Positions 9,857 to 18,166 of a stretch of 47,539 nt of DNA are shown in pieces. Under the pieces are notes generated by a model, which saw only the letters and a program-made list of their open reading frames with translations, was not told where the DNA came from and did not search any database. A program made the position numbers and the translations under genes. The stretch is from Candidatus Nanohaloarchaea archaeon (GTDB taxonomy: Archaea; Nanohalarchaeota; Nanosalinia; Nanosalinales; Nanosalinaceae). Numbering within the stretch: position 1 is the stretch's first letter; each line of letters opens with the position of its first letter. The stretch covers positions 1-47,539 of the forward strand of contig JBEQBC010000005.1 of NCBI GenBank assembly GCA_041640035.1, given 5' to 3'.

Positions 9857-10357
9857 ATGGATCTTAGACCTTCAAACTGGATAATTGAGAAATACTTTAT
9901 GCCCTTCCAGAGATGGAGGATAAGAAGAGAAAGAAAAGAAGAGGTCAGCCGTATTACGGAAGACATATACATAGGAGATCTGGTAGACGCACAGAAATCA
10001 ATAGAAAAGGAAGGATATGCTTCTAAATCCGTTTTGAACTTGATGGCTTCTGAGATATCTTCCACAGATTTCCATGCTCCTCTTAAAGATGGATATAACA
10101 GGCAGAAGGACTTCAATAATGCAGTGAATTCGCTGCGAGAGATAGTTCATGAAGACGAGAAGGTTCTTGTTCACTGTGCAGCAGGACAGAGCCGATCATG
10201 CGCAGTAGTAACAGCACATCTGATGGAAGATAAAGAGATGAGTATATCAAAGGCTCTTAAATCTGTTGAAGAAGGTATCAACAGTTTTGAGGGCAGAAAT
10301 AGCTTAAATATAGACAAAGAAATTCTGGATAATGTAATTAAATATTCCAGAGGTTAG
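9857..10357 (+). CDS. Dual-specificity/PTP-superfamily phosphatase
   Basis: CX5R loop VLVHCAAGQSRS; ITEDIYIG; PLKD acid loop. Confidence 0.88.
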   Translation: MDLRPSNWIIEKYFMPFQRWRIRRERKEEVSRITEDIYIGDLVDAQKSIEKEGYASKSVLNLMASEISSTDFHAPLKDGYNRQKDFNNAVNSLREIVHEDEKVLVHCAAGQSRSCAVVTAHLMEDKEMSISKALKSVEEGINSFEGRNSLNIDKEILDNVIKYSRG

Positions 10358-10529
10358 ATTCATCGCAAAAAATATTTTTGGGCTGTGAACCTGGCTATAT
10401 TGCTGGAAAAGTATTTGATCTCGCACTCGTCTACGGACTCAAAAAAAATTCTGTCATCAGGTAAATGTTTCAGTAAGGGAGAAAATCTTCTATGTAGTGG
10501 TTCTATTGAGGCCTAGAAATGCTTTAATA

Positions 10530-12629
10530 TTAGTTTGAGGAGTTATCTTCTTGTGATTTAAATTCTATCTGATTTACTTCCGCAGAGATGCATCTTACAT
10601 CAGTACTGTTAGTATGCTTCACAGGGCGCTGGCATTCGTTGAATTCCAGCTTCAGGTCGTTGATTCCGTCCTCAACGGGTACTCTGATCACTTTTTCTTC
10701 CTTTAGTGTGTACTTGTATGAATTATTTCCGTTCGTTATTGTCAGGTTTTTCTCCTCATAAGGCCTTAAATCTAATTTCAGATATCCTCTTTCCGTACTT
10801 ACCTTATAATGGGCCGTATCTGAGACGAAAGTGTTTTCACCCCCTTCATACCATCCGCTGCCCTTGAATGTGTCATCTATAGACACAGTGCCTAGTAGCA
10901 TGATTGCCCCTATTAGTGATATGAGTACTGTGCGCTGTTTCCTTGTTAGAGGTATTTTATTGAATATGTCTTTTCGCCAGAGAAGTAGCACTATTATCAT
11001 AATGAGCACTAGCTCGAAATGTTCCCCTCCCAGCACAATAATATTGTCTTTTATTGTAACCTCCGCTATTTGTTCGTCGGTGTTGGAAAAGTAGTTTAGG
11101 TTCTTATCCGGAGATCCAGCAGCCATTTCTACCCACGGTGATCTTGGACCTTCCTTCAGAAGCTGTTCTGTATATTCGGGCAGCGGATTAAAGTAAGGTT
11201 CTATACCGGTGAGGTCCTCATAAGCTGAACTGAATTCATTACTGTGGTCTGCATCGACATCAAGTTTATCAGTAGGGTGAATACCTGTCGGAGTGAGTGC
11301 GAGTATCGAAACAAAGATTGAAGTGAAGGCCAAAACTACTAGAAATTTTTTAAAGTGTTTCTTATTCCATAAACTATCTAATGCATATCCTAAAGGTAGT
11401 GATAAAAATGGTATAACTGCAAGAAGATACCTTGATCCGAAAACTGCGCCTCCATACCATGTTACATATGTAGCATTAAAGAGTACAAATGCCGTGAATA
11501 TGGAAAGAATGAGACCTGCTTTCTTCTTATTTTCTCTGTATAGGTAGTAGAGCCCTGGTATAGCTAAGATTAAAATAGGTGAGAATATGAAGAAACCTCT
11601 GCCTATTCCAAATAGTACTCTTACAATCATCTCCGGGGTACTTGGTGATATTAAGAAGCCTCTTATAGGAGCTACATATCCCAAGTTTGAGTTCGCAATT
11701 TCAGCTGAGAATTTAGGAAGCCATTCTCCATAAATTTTGACTGGTGTCAGCGGGTTTCCTACGGTTAAATAGTTATAGACAAAGAAAGGTGTGAAACCGG
11801 CTAAACCCCCTGATAAATAGATTAATGGAGACTTGAAGTTTCTTTGATCAATCAAACTTCCCCATTTCCCCAGATCATCTATTTCTTTTGTAAGGAGGTA
11901 TGTAGCGAGCAGGAATATAATTATAAGCATATAGTATTCTACGATAGCAGCTACGCCTGCTAAAAGTCCAGATAATGCTATATTTCTACCTGAAGAAGCG
12001 TCCTTAACTTCTAATATGTAGAAGGAAAGAAAACCTAAAAACATAGCGAGAGTATTCGCCATAAAAACAGTTGAATAATATAGAAATATTGTTCCAAAGC
12101 CGATGATCAGCGTCGTAAATGTACTTATCTCACTGGATATGCCGTTAAAAATTAAAATTCTGTAAATAAGCAGTAATGTGGCAGCTGCCGGAATTATAGA
12201 AATTGTAAAAATGATAAGGAAACGCAGCAAAATAGTTTCAAATTTTACATCTACAGCAAAGAAGGCATCAGGTCTTGCTTCTAGGTAAGAAGATACATTC
12301 TGCTGGTTAATGTAAGTGGTATTGACCTCGTAAAGCGAGGGCAAACTTCCTTTAACAAACTTAAATCCTGCGTAAACAGGCACCGCAAAGAATGGGGAAC
12401 CAGGAGCTTTGTCAGTAAAGGTTCGATTTTCATATTTCACCTTGTCTATAGTGTTGTTTGAGTACTTCGATATATCTAAGGACTGCTCATTCACTACAGA
12501 TTTTGTTAAATCTAACCTAGAGTTACTGTTAGTGTACATCCAGACAGGAAATAGAGCAACAATTAGCATGAAAGTGATTAAAATTTTCTTCTCCGTGCTG
12601 GAGAGCGAGAACTGTTCAAATGAAAACAT
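10530..12629 (-). CDS. Large polytopic membrane protein, GT-C (GT39/PMT-like) fold
   Basis: More than 10 TM helices; SRLDL, FTDKAPG, YNY...GNP, RGFFIFSP, W.GG..FGSRYL motifs seen in GT-C-like proteins; C-terminal extracellular beta-rich domain. Confidence 0.65.
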   Translation of the reverse strand: MFSFEQFSLSSTEKKILITFMLIVALFPVWMYTNSNSRLDLTKSVVNEQSLDISKYSNNTIDKVKYENRTFTDKAPGSPFFAVPVYAGFKFVKGSLPSLYEVNTTYINQQNVSSYLEARPDAFFAVDVKFETILLRFLIIFTISIIPAAATLLLIYRILIFNGISSEISTFTTLIIGFGTIFLYYSTVFMANTLAMFLGFLSFYILEVKDASSGRNIALSGLLAGVAAIVEYYMLIIIFLLATYLLTKEIDDLGKWGSLIDQRNFKSPLIYLSGGLAGFTPFFVYNYLTVGNPLTPVKIYGEWLPKFSAEIANSNLGYVAPIRGFLISPSTPEMIVRVLFGIGRGFFIFSPILILAIPGLYYLYRENKKKAGLILSIFTAFVLFNATYVTWYGGAVFGSRYLLAVIPFLSLPLGYALDSLWNKKHFKKFLVVLAFTSIFVSILALTPTGIHPTDKLDVDADHSNEFSSAYEDLTGIEPYFNPLPEYTEQLLKEGPRSPWVEMAAGSPDKNLNYFSNTDEQIAEVTIKDNIIVLGGEHFELVLIMIIVLLLWRKDIFNKIPLTRKQRTVLISLIGAIMLLGTVSIDDTFKGSGWYEGGENTFVSDTAHYKVSTERGYLKLDLRPYEEKNLTITNGNNSYKYTLKEEKVIRVPVEDGINDLKLEFNECQRPVKHTNSTDVRCISAEVNQIEFKSQEDNSSN

Positions 12630-12684
12630 CTCTTCCTGTAGTAAAGGTCTCGTTACAGGATTAAAACATTACTCACAGCTGTTG

Positions 12685-13386
12685 TCAAAACTTTCGTAGG
12701 AACTCCTTGAGCTTTTCTGCATCTATGCTTCCAGTTCTATCGTTTGAACAGACTGCTCCTCTTACACCGATTATATCAACACCTTTGCTTTTCAGACCTT
12801 CAACTTGATGAGCCTTAATTGAGCCAGCCAGTGCTGTCTCAAGACCTTTTTCATCGCCTTCCTCTACAAAATCCTCTAATTTTTCCTCTGTTTTAAATTC
12901 AAAGAGATCCTTATCTTCCTTTGAAAGTGTATCAATCATAACCCCATCTAAACCTGCTTCTTCCGCAGCTTTAACGGCTTCTATGGGGCTTACGCAGTTA
13001 TGTTCTCTGTGATCTGCGTAGGCGGCTGCTACCAGTTTGCAGTCGTTATCAGAATTACTCAGTACCTTAGATGCTTGGTAAAGATTCTCTTTAGCCTCAT
13101 CTTTATTCTTCGGACCCTTCAATCCTATTTTTATGTAGTCGGGATTCAGCTGGAGAGCTCCTTTCACCGCCATCGAAACCGTACCAGGCAAATACGGCAT
13201 ATCTCCCAGGGCAATACTGACCTCCCTGTCATCGGGAAGAACTTCCATAACCTTCTCAATCGTTTCTATCGAAGCACATCCGAGAGATCCCTCCTCAGGA
13301 TTCTTCACATCCACTATATCTACCTCATGGCCTGTCACTGCTTCAGCCTCTTTACGGTTTGTAACGGTAACCAAAGGACGAGTCAT
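12685..13386 (-). CDS. mfnB: (5-formylfuran-3-yl)methyl phosphate synthase (4-HFC-P synthase, DUF556)
   Basis: DIVDVKNPEEGSLG, SIALGD.P..PGT, DYIKIGL, AAYAD, MIDT..K, ALAGSI, DIIGVRGAVC..DR; putative catalytic Asp/Lys motifs intact. Confidence 0.9.
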   Translation of the reverse strand: MTRPLVTVTNRKEAEAVTGHEVDIVDVKNPEEGSLGCASIETIEKVMEVLPDDREVSIALGDMPYLPGTVSMAVKGALQLNPDYIKIGLKGPKNKDEAKENLYQASKVLSNSDNDCKLVAAAYADHREHNCVSPIEAVKAAEEAGLDGVMIDTLSKEDKDLFEFKTEEKLEDFVEEGDEKGLETALAGSIKAHQVEGLKSKGVDIIGVRGAVCSNDRTGSIDAEKLKEFLRKF

Positions 13387-13426
13387 AAAATATAGTTTAG
13401 GATATATTCTTAACTTGATTTTGATT

Positions 13427-14305
13427 CTACAGGATAACTGAGATCAGCTCTATAGCCTGCGTTATCCCATAGTTTGAATCTAGGAGAACTAGAATCACAG
13501 CATAGAAGGCACCTTCAAAAGCTGTGTAGAACTTGTGCCATGAACGCCTGATACTTTTGAGTTCGCCTAGTTCTGACATCATATCGAAGAGCCTGTACAA
13601 TCTGAAAAGAGAAAATAGCAGTGTAGGAATTACCAAGATGAAGTTAAGCTGGCCGAAGACAAAAAGAGTTATTCCAACTATGGCAGGCACCATCTGGAGA
13701 GCTCCTCCTATCAAGACCGATTTCTCTACTCCAAACGCGTCCAAAACAGAATAGACATCTTCTTCCTCGTCCTGATGTTCTATCTGGTGGGCAACCTCGA
13801 AGAACATTATGTAGGAAGTGAAAATTACGGAGAAAAAGATAAAGATCGGGGTTACCTGAGGATGAAGTACCAGGAAGGGATGTGCGTATACAACCCATCC
13901 GAGAGGGATTCCATTCAAGAGAAGTGAGAACACCCAGTGGTTTTTCAACCGTGGAGGTCCTTGATACAGGTAGAAAAGTCCGCTGTACAGCACAAGCGTT
14001 AGAGTAGCCCACTTAGATACAGGGAAAAGTAATAATGCTACTGCAAGCGGTGCAAGCATGAGAAATAGCAGTGTCCTCATACTCCAGCCTTCTTCGACAA
14101 GCTTTCCGACATAAGTATCCTCGCCCCACATCTTATGGTCGTAGTAGTCGTTCATGCTGAAGGAATGCAGCTGAATCAAGAAAACCTGGAGAAAGCCCAC
14201 GAATGCTGCAATAGGTTCGAAGACAGGTGCACTTAGGATACCAATGCCGGCCATCGCCATGTTCTTATACCAGGTACGGACTCGGTAAAACTTGCTCAGT
14301 TTCAT
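13427..14305 (-). CDS. UbiA-superfamily membrane transferase
   Basis: N-terminal R...W.KN, Asp-rich NDYYD, YLY..PPRLK, about 8-9 TM helices; ATGA overlap with mfnE. Confidence 0.8.
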   Translation of the reverse strand: MKLSKFYRVRTWYKNMAMAGIGILSAPVFEPIAAFVGFLQVFLIQLHSFSMNDYYDHKMWGEDTYVGKLVEEGWSMRTLLFLMLAPLAVALLLFPVSKWATLTLVLYSGLFYLYQGPPRLKNHWVFSLLLNGIPLGWVVYAHPFLVLHPQVTPIFIFFSVIFTSYIMFFEVAHQIEHQDEEEDVYSVLDAFGVEKSVLIGGALQMVPAIVGITLFVFGQLNFILVIPTLLFSLFRLYRLFDMMSELGELKSIRRSWHKFYTAFEGAFYAVILVLLDSNYGITQAIELISVIL

Positions 14306-14943
14306 TCTATATGCGTCCCCTTCACTTTCTCACCGGCAACTGCTTTTTCCAGCCTCCCGGATTTCTTCCCGGATACTACAGTGCAGCTAATATCGTTTTC
14401 TTCCAGTATAACCGGTAATTGTCCATCTATACAGGTATTTCTGTAATTTAGGGATTCTTCTGCAGAGATCTCTGTAATTAATTTGTCATCAGAATAAATA
14501 CCGTCTACATCTGTCGCTATAACTAATCTGTCTGCTCCCAGTTCCTCTGCCAGCAATCCGCTGATAGAGTCGGAGGTTAATTCCCAAGACTGATCATGTT
14601 CGAAAGATTTCATGAACTTCTCAGTCTTCATCAAAGGCATTTTTTCATCCTGAAAAGCCTTACTGACCTGATTGACTGAGTTCACAATCTCGGTGCTACC
14701 TGTCAGGTCGTTAACCATCTCTGTATTCAAGTCCATGCATTTGATTGCTGTCCAGTGTGCTGTAGAAGCTGAAATCTCGTATTCAGAGCTAAAGGAGCGT
14801 ACTCCGTCGGCTAATTCGCCTCCACCGATCATTACCACTATATTTTTCTCATCTTTCAACTCTGTAAGTGTCTGCATGTTTTCGTCAATAACACCGTCTT
14901 TGATTAAGGATCCTCCAAGTTTGACGACGGCGTCTACTTCCAT
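14302..14943 (-). CDS. mfnE: MfnE-like furanylmethyl-phosphate kinase (amino-acid kinase family)
   Basis: VVKLGGSL, GGGELADGVR, AHWTAIKCMD, SWELTSDSIS, TDVDGIY, CID..LP. Confidence 0.8.
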   Translation of the reverse strand: MEVDAVVKLGGSLIKDGVIDENMQTLTELKDEKNIVVMIGGGELADGVRSFSSEYEISASTAHWTAIKCMDLNTEMVNDLTGSTEIVNSVNQVSKAFQDEKMPLMKTEKFMKSFEHDQSWELTSDSISGLLAEELGADRLVIATDVDGIYSDDKLITEISAEESLNYRNTCIDGQLPVILEENDISCTVVSGKKSGRLEKAVAGEKVKGTHIE

Positions 14944-14994
14944 GTTTTATGGTAGACCTTCTATTTTTTAGTCATTGCCGGCGAAACCACTGTT

Positions 14995-15705
14995 ATGTCT
15001 TTAGTGCCTGTAATGGACATAAAAGAAGGAAAAGTTGTAATGGGGGATCAGGGAGAAAGAGATAGCTATCAACCGGTAGATTCCGATATAGTAGATTCAG
15101 CAAACCCTGAAGAGGTTCTTAAGGAGTTTGACCGGTACTATAATTTCAATGCCATCTATATAGCTGATATAGACTCCCTGGAAGAATATGGGGATAACCT
15201 TGACACCGTGCGGAGAATATCTGAGAGCTTTGAAAAAGAAATAATGCTGGACTGCGGTTTTTCTGACAACGAGAGTTTTGATTCCGAGATACTTTCTTTT
15301 GTCGACAAGTTTATCGTTCCAACTGAATCGCTCGAGTCTTTAGACGAGCTGAGGAGGCTTATAGATAAACATCCTGAATCTGAATTCGTAGTGAGCATAG
15401 ATCTAGAAAAGGAAAAATTCATATCAAAGATAGATGAGGAAAACATCCACAGTTTTCTTGATGATGTCATGGATCTAGGTATAACTGAAGTAGTGTTACT
15501 CGATATAACTCAGGTTGGGACTGAGGAAGGTCTTTCGAAAAAGGTAGTTGAGATAGCAGAGGAGATTGAAGATGACTTCAAAGTAGTATCTGGCGGCGGA
15601 GTAAAAAACAGAGAAGACTACAGAGAATTTCTCAAGAAAGGTGTCGATAAGGTGCTTGTTGCGACATCTCTCCACAAAAAGAACTTCAAGCCAGATTCTA
15701 GCTAG
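14995..15705 (+). CDS. HisA/HisF-related TIM-barrel protein of the type found with methanofuran/H4MPT genes
   Basis: VPVMDIKEGKVV.G..GERDSY.P, IYIADID, LDCG, PTESL, VVSIDL, LDITQVGT..G, SGGGVK, VLVATSLH. Confidence 0.8.
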   Translation: MSLVPVMDIKEGKVVMGDQGERDSYQPVDSDIVDSANPEEVLKEFDRYYNFNAIYIADIDSLEEYGDNLDTVRRISESFEKEIMLDCGFSDNESFDSEILSFVDKFIVPTESLESLDELRRLIDKHPESEFVVSIDLEKEKFISKIDEENIHSFLDDVMDLGITEVVLLDITQVGTEEGLSKKVVEIAEEIEDDFKVVSGGGVKNREDYREFLKKGVDKVLVATSLHKKNFKPDSS

Positions 15706-15748
15706 GTTCTTTTTTTATCAGAATAGATGCATCTTGTCATATGTAAGG

Positions 15749-17233
15749 ATGGATCAAGATGCCGCACTAAAGAAGATAGGCATTGGATCAGGAATAATCG
15801 CTTTAGGAATGATGGGAGGAGTTTTCCTCTACTACCTGTTCAAAGTTCTGGCAGCTCGATTTCTCGGACCGGAGTCATATGGAGTATTTGTACAGGCACT
15901 TGCTATAGTGCAGTCAGCTTCTGTAATAGCGCTTCTCGGACTTCATAAGACAGTCCCAAGATTTATTTCATATGAAAAAGGAAATGAAAACTCTTCAAGC
16001 CTCTCAAAGTCTGTTGTAACTTCTTTAATAATTTTCTTGCCTACTGCAGCTTTATTTACAGTTTTGATTTACTTTTCTGCTGATTTTGTATCTTCTATGC
16101 TCTCTGAACCTCAGTTGTCAGAGCCTTTGAAGATCCTCTCCTTTGCAGTTTTACCAATAGGGCTTCTATCACTTGTAAAATCCTTCTTCAGAGGTAAGCA
16201 GAATGCTAAAGAAAAGATTTTGATAGATGATATCGTGGACCCGGTGATTATGCTTTCATCAGGTCTTGTACTATTTTGGGCAGGTTTCGGGATAGAGGGC
16301 GCTGTGGCTGCCACATTAATAGCTACATCAGTAGCTTCAATCTTCGGTCTCTACAGGTTCCTAGGTAAAAACCCTGTATCTTTCGACAAGGACTACTTTG
16401 CACCGAAATCTCTACTGTCTTTTTCTTGGCCTCTTTTCTTCGTCGCTGTCTTTACCATTTTCGGCCAGTGGTACGGAGTAATACTTTTAGGTTTCTTAAT
16501 GGGCTCCTCTGCGGCAGGTATCTACGAGATAGCGTTTTCAGTGGCAGGTACTCTAGCTTTGTTTCTGACCACAGTATCCTACATGTTCATGCCTGTAGTA
16601 TCAGAACTATACGGAAAAGATAAGCTCTCAGAGATTACTAGTATCTACTCAACCTCTACCAGATGGATTTTTACCGCCTTACTGCCACTATTCGCTGTTA
16701 TGATTATTTTCCCGCAAGAGATACTTTTCCTCATGTTCGGCGCGCAGTACGCCGAAGGAGGCTCTTTACTCTCTATTATGGCAGCAGGATTCTTTTTCAG
16801 TGTCACGATAGGGCCTGGAGAGATGGTGCTGCTTTCATCCGGTAGAACAAAACATTACATGCTATCAATAGGTTCGATGGTAGTCATAGGGGCTCTACTT
16901 TGTCTGGTATTGATACCCGGTTACGGCCTGATAGGCGCGGCGATAGCCACTTCTGCTGGAAATGTTGCAGGCAACTTATTCATCTTGATATTTGTCAAGA
17001 AAGAACTAGGAGACCATCCCTATAATAAACGATATCTAAAGCCTATTTTCTCAATATTACTTGCTTCAACAATTGTACTCATTTTACGAAGCACAGCTAA
17101 CTCCATACTCTTAGACATGCTCTTGGCATCACTATTGATAGCAATATACATTATTACACTCTACAAAAGTGGCTTGTACGAGGAGGAAAATGAGCTTCTG
17201 AAAACGATATTTGAGAAGTACTCCGGCCTTTAA
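15749..17233 (+). CDS. Wzx-like oligosaccharide flippase (MOP superfamily)
   Basis: ARFLGPESYG, LLSFSWP, AAGIY, MPVVSELY, LMFGAQY, LIPGYGLIGAAIA; start at MDQDAAL. Confidence 0.88.
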   Translation: MDQDAALKKIGIGSGIIALGMMGGVFLYYLFKVLAARFLGPESYGVFVQALAIVQSASVIALLGLHKTVPRFISYEKGNENSSSLSKSVVTSLIIFLPTAALFTVLIYFSADFVSSMLSEPQLSEPLKILSFAVLPIGLLSLVKSFFRGKQNAKEKILIDDIVDPVIMLSSGLVLFWAGFGIEGAVAATLIATSVASIFGLYRFLGKNPVSFDKDYFAPKSLLSFSWPLFFVAVFTIFGQWYGVILLGFLMGSSAAGIYEIAFSVAGTLALFLTTVSYMFMPVVSELYGKDKLSEITSIYSTSTRWIFTALLPLFAVMIIFPQEILFLMFGAQYAEGGSLLSIMAAGFFFSVTIGPGEMVLLSSGRTKHYMLSIGSMVVIGALLCLVLIPGYGLIGAAIATSAGNVAGNLFILIFVKKELGDHPYNKRYLKPIFSILLASTIVLILRSTANSILLDMLLASLLIAIYIITLYKSGLYEEENELLKTIFEKYSGL

Positions 17234-17408
17234 CATCCTACCTGAGATGGATGATGAGGACTTCGGAGCCCGTCTAGTTACTCGGATACAGACACTTCCT
17301 TCCAAGTCAAAATTCTTCCATCACCAAACATCTAGTAGATTTCAAAGTTGTTCATTAAAATCCTCCCGTGTCAACCTCCGTCCGCATCGTGGTGAAGATC
17401 ATCGTCCG

Positions 17409-17426
17409 CGGACGCCGCACTGAACT
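17409..17426 (+). repeat. attR-like copy CGGACGCCGCACT(G)AACT
   Basis: Matches tRNA-Gly 3' end at 5629-5646; intergenic, at the compositional boundary. Confidence 0.8.
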
Positions 17427-17458
17427 CTCTTTCTCTGTAAAAATAAAAAAAAGAAGGC

Positions 17459-17650
17459 TTAATCCCTTACAAAGATATCCTCTACACTACAGTCGAAGAA
17501 CTCTGCCAGGTCAAATGCCAGATCGAGAGAAGGGTTGTAACGCTCCCTCTCTATTGAGTTGATGGTCTGGCGTGTGACTTCAAGTTCTTCGGCAAGGTCC
17601 TTCTGACTGAGGTCTTTCTGTTTCCTGAGTTCCTTCAGTTTGTTCTTCAC
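17459..17650 (-). CDS. XRE/Cro-C1 HTH transcriptional regulator
   Basis: MKNKLKELR...SQKDLA..L.VTRQTINSIE..RYNPSL.LAF; GTG start. Confidence 0.92.
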   Translation of the reverse strand: MKNKLKELRKQKDLSQKDLAEELEVTRQTINSIERERYNPSLDLAFDLAEFFDCSVEDIFVRD

Positions 17651-17656
17651 TATTTC

Positions 17657-18055
17657 TCAGTCCTCCAGAGCGAATGAGATCGCTCCGTACAACAGGTAGA
17701 TTCCTGCGATTGTAAGTGCTACTGCGGAAGTCATTGGCCCCCATTCAAAGTAGTCGAGACCGTAAAGTGCTGTGAGCGATGGGAAGATGACTGCTGAAGC
17801 ATAACCGACAATTGTGAGTGTGTGGCCGCTTGCCTTGTCATGTATCTGTGTATCTCTTTCATCGAACATCGGTCCCGGATAGCTGTACCATACCCCGATC
17901 GCCGCTATTACTGATGTAAGGAATGCTAGAAAGCCTATAAGTGGCTGGCCGAGTGCTGTTGCTGTTCCCAAGGTTATACCTCCGAGCATCCATAGTCCTA
18001 TGTAGGTTTTGCGTGTAGTTGATTCTGAGCCGAGTAGTGTGTCGTCCTCTGTCAT
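17657..18055 (-). CDS. DUF2178-like membrane protein
   Basis: DERD motif followed by KA..T; 4 TM helices; usual partner of XRE HTH; GGTGAG SD before MTEDD. Confidence 0.7.
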   Translation of the reverse strand: MTEDDTLLGSESTTRKTYIGLWMLGGITLGTATALGQPLIGFLAFLTSVIAAIGVWYSYPGPMFDERDTQIHDKASGHTLTIVGYASAVIFPSLTALYGLDYFEWGPMTSAVALTIAGIYLLYGAISFALED

Positions 18056-18069
18056 AAACTCACCTTGAT

Positions 18070-18103
18070 GTAAAACTTCTTTTACAGTAAAACTTCCTTT
18101 ACA
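18070..18103. promoter_or_regulatory. Tandem palindromic operator (2 x GTAAAACTTCYTTTACA)
   Basis: Two adjacent 17-bp copies, each GTAAA-N6-TTTAC, upstream of the DUF2178-HTH operon. Confidence 0.7.
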
Positions 18104-18166
18104 CTTTTTTAAATGGTTCGGTATTTTGGATTCGCTTCTTAAATCTGAACCCACTAAACCAAAGAT

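Larger units (their letters stand above)
5642..17421. mobile_element. Genomic island (about 11.8 kb) integrated at the tRNA-Gly 3' end; no integrase visible
   Basis: Flanking direct repeat; visibly AT-richer with more T-ending codons than the flanks; accessory envelope and metabolite genes. Confidence 0.75.

Noticed and set aside
14302-14943. Uridylate kinase pyrH
   Set aside because: The AHW.AI..MD and SW..TSDSI motifs and the mfnB neighbourhood fit MfnE better
12685-15705. Evidence for methanogenesis or a complete methanofuran/C1 pathway
   Set aside because: Only the furan-forming and activating genes are present; no mfnA/C/D/F, fwd, ftr or mch in the window
14995-15705. Histidine biosynthesis hisA
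   Set aside because: No other his genes nearby; motifs (G.R..Y.P, YIAD.D, TE.L) and context fit the mfn-associated subfamily
17234-17408. Integrase remnant or C/D box sRNA (ATGATGA at about 17251) beside attR
   Set aside because: No recognisable recombinase motif in the frames read and no suitably placed CTGA box D
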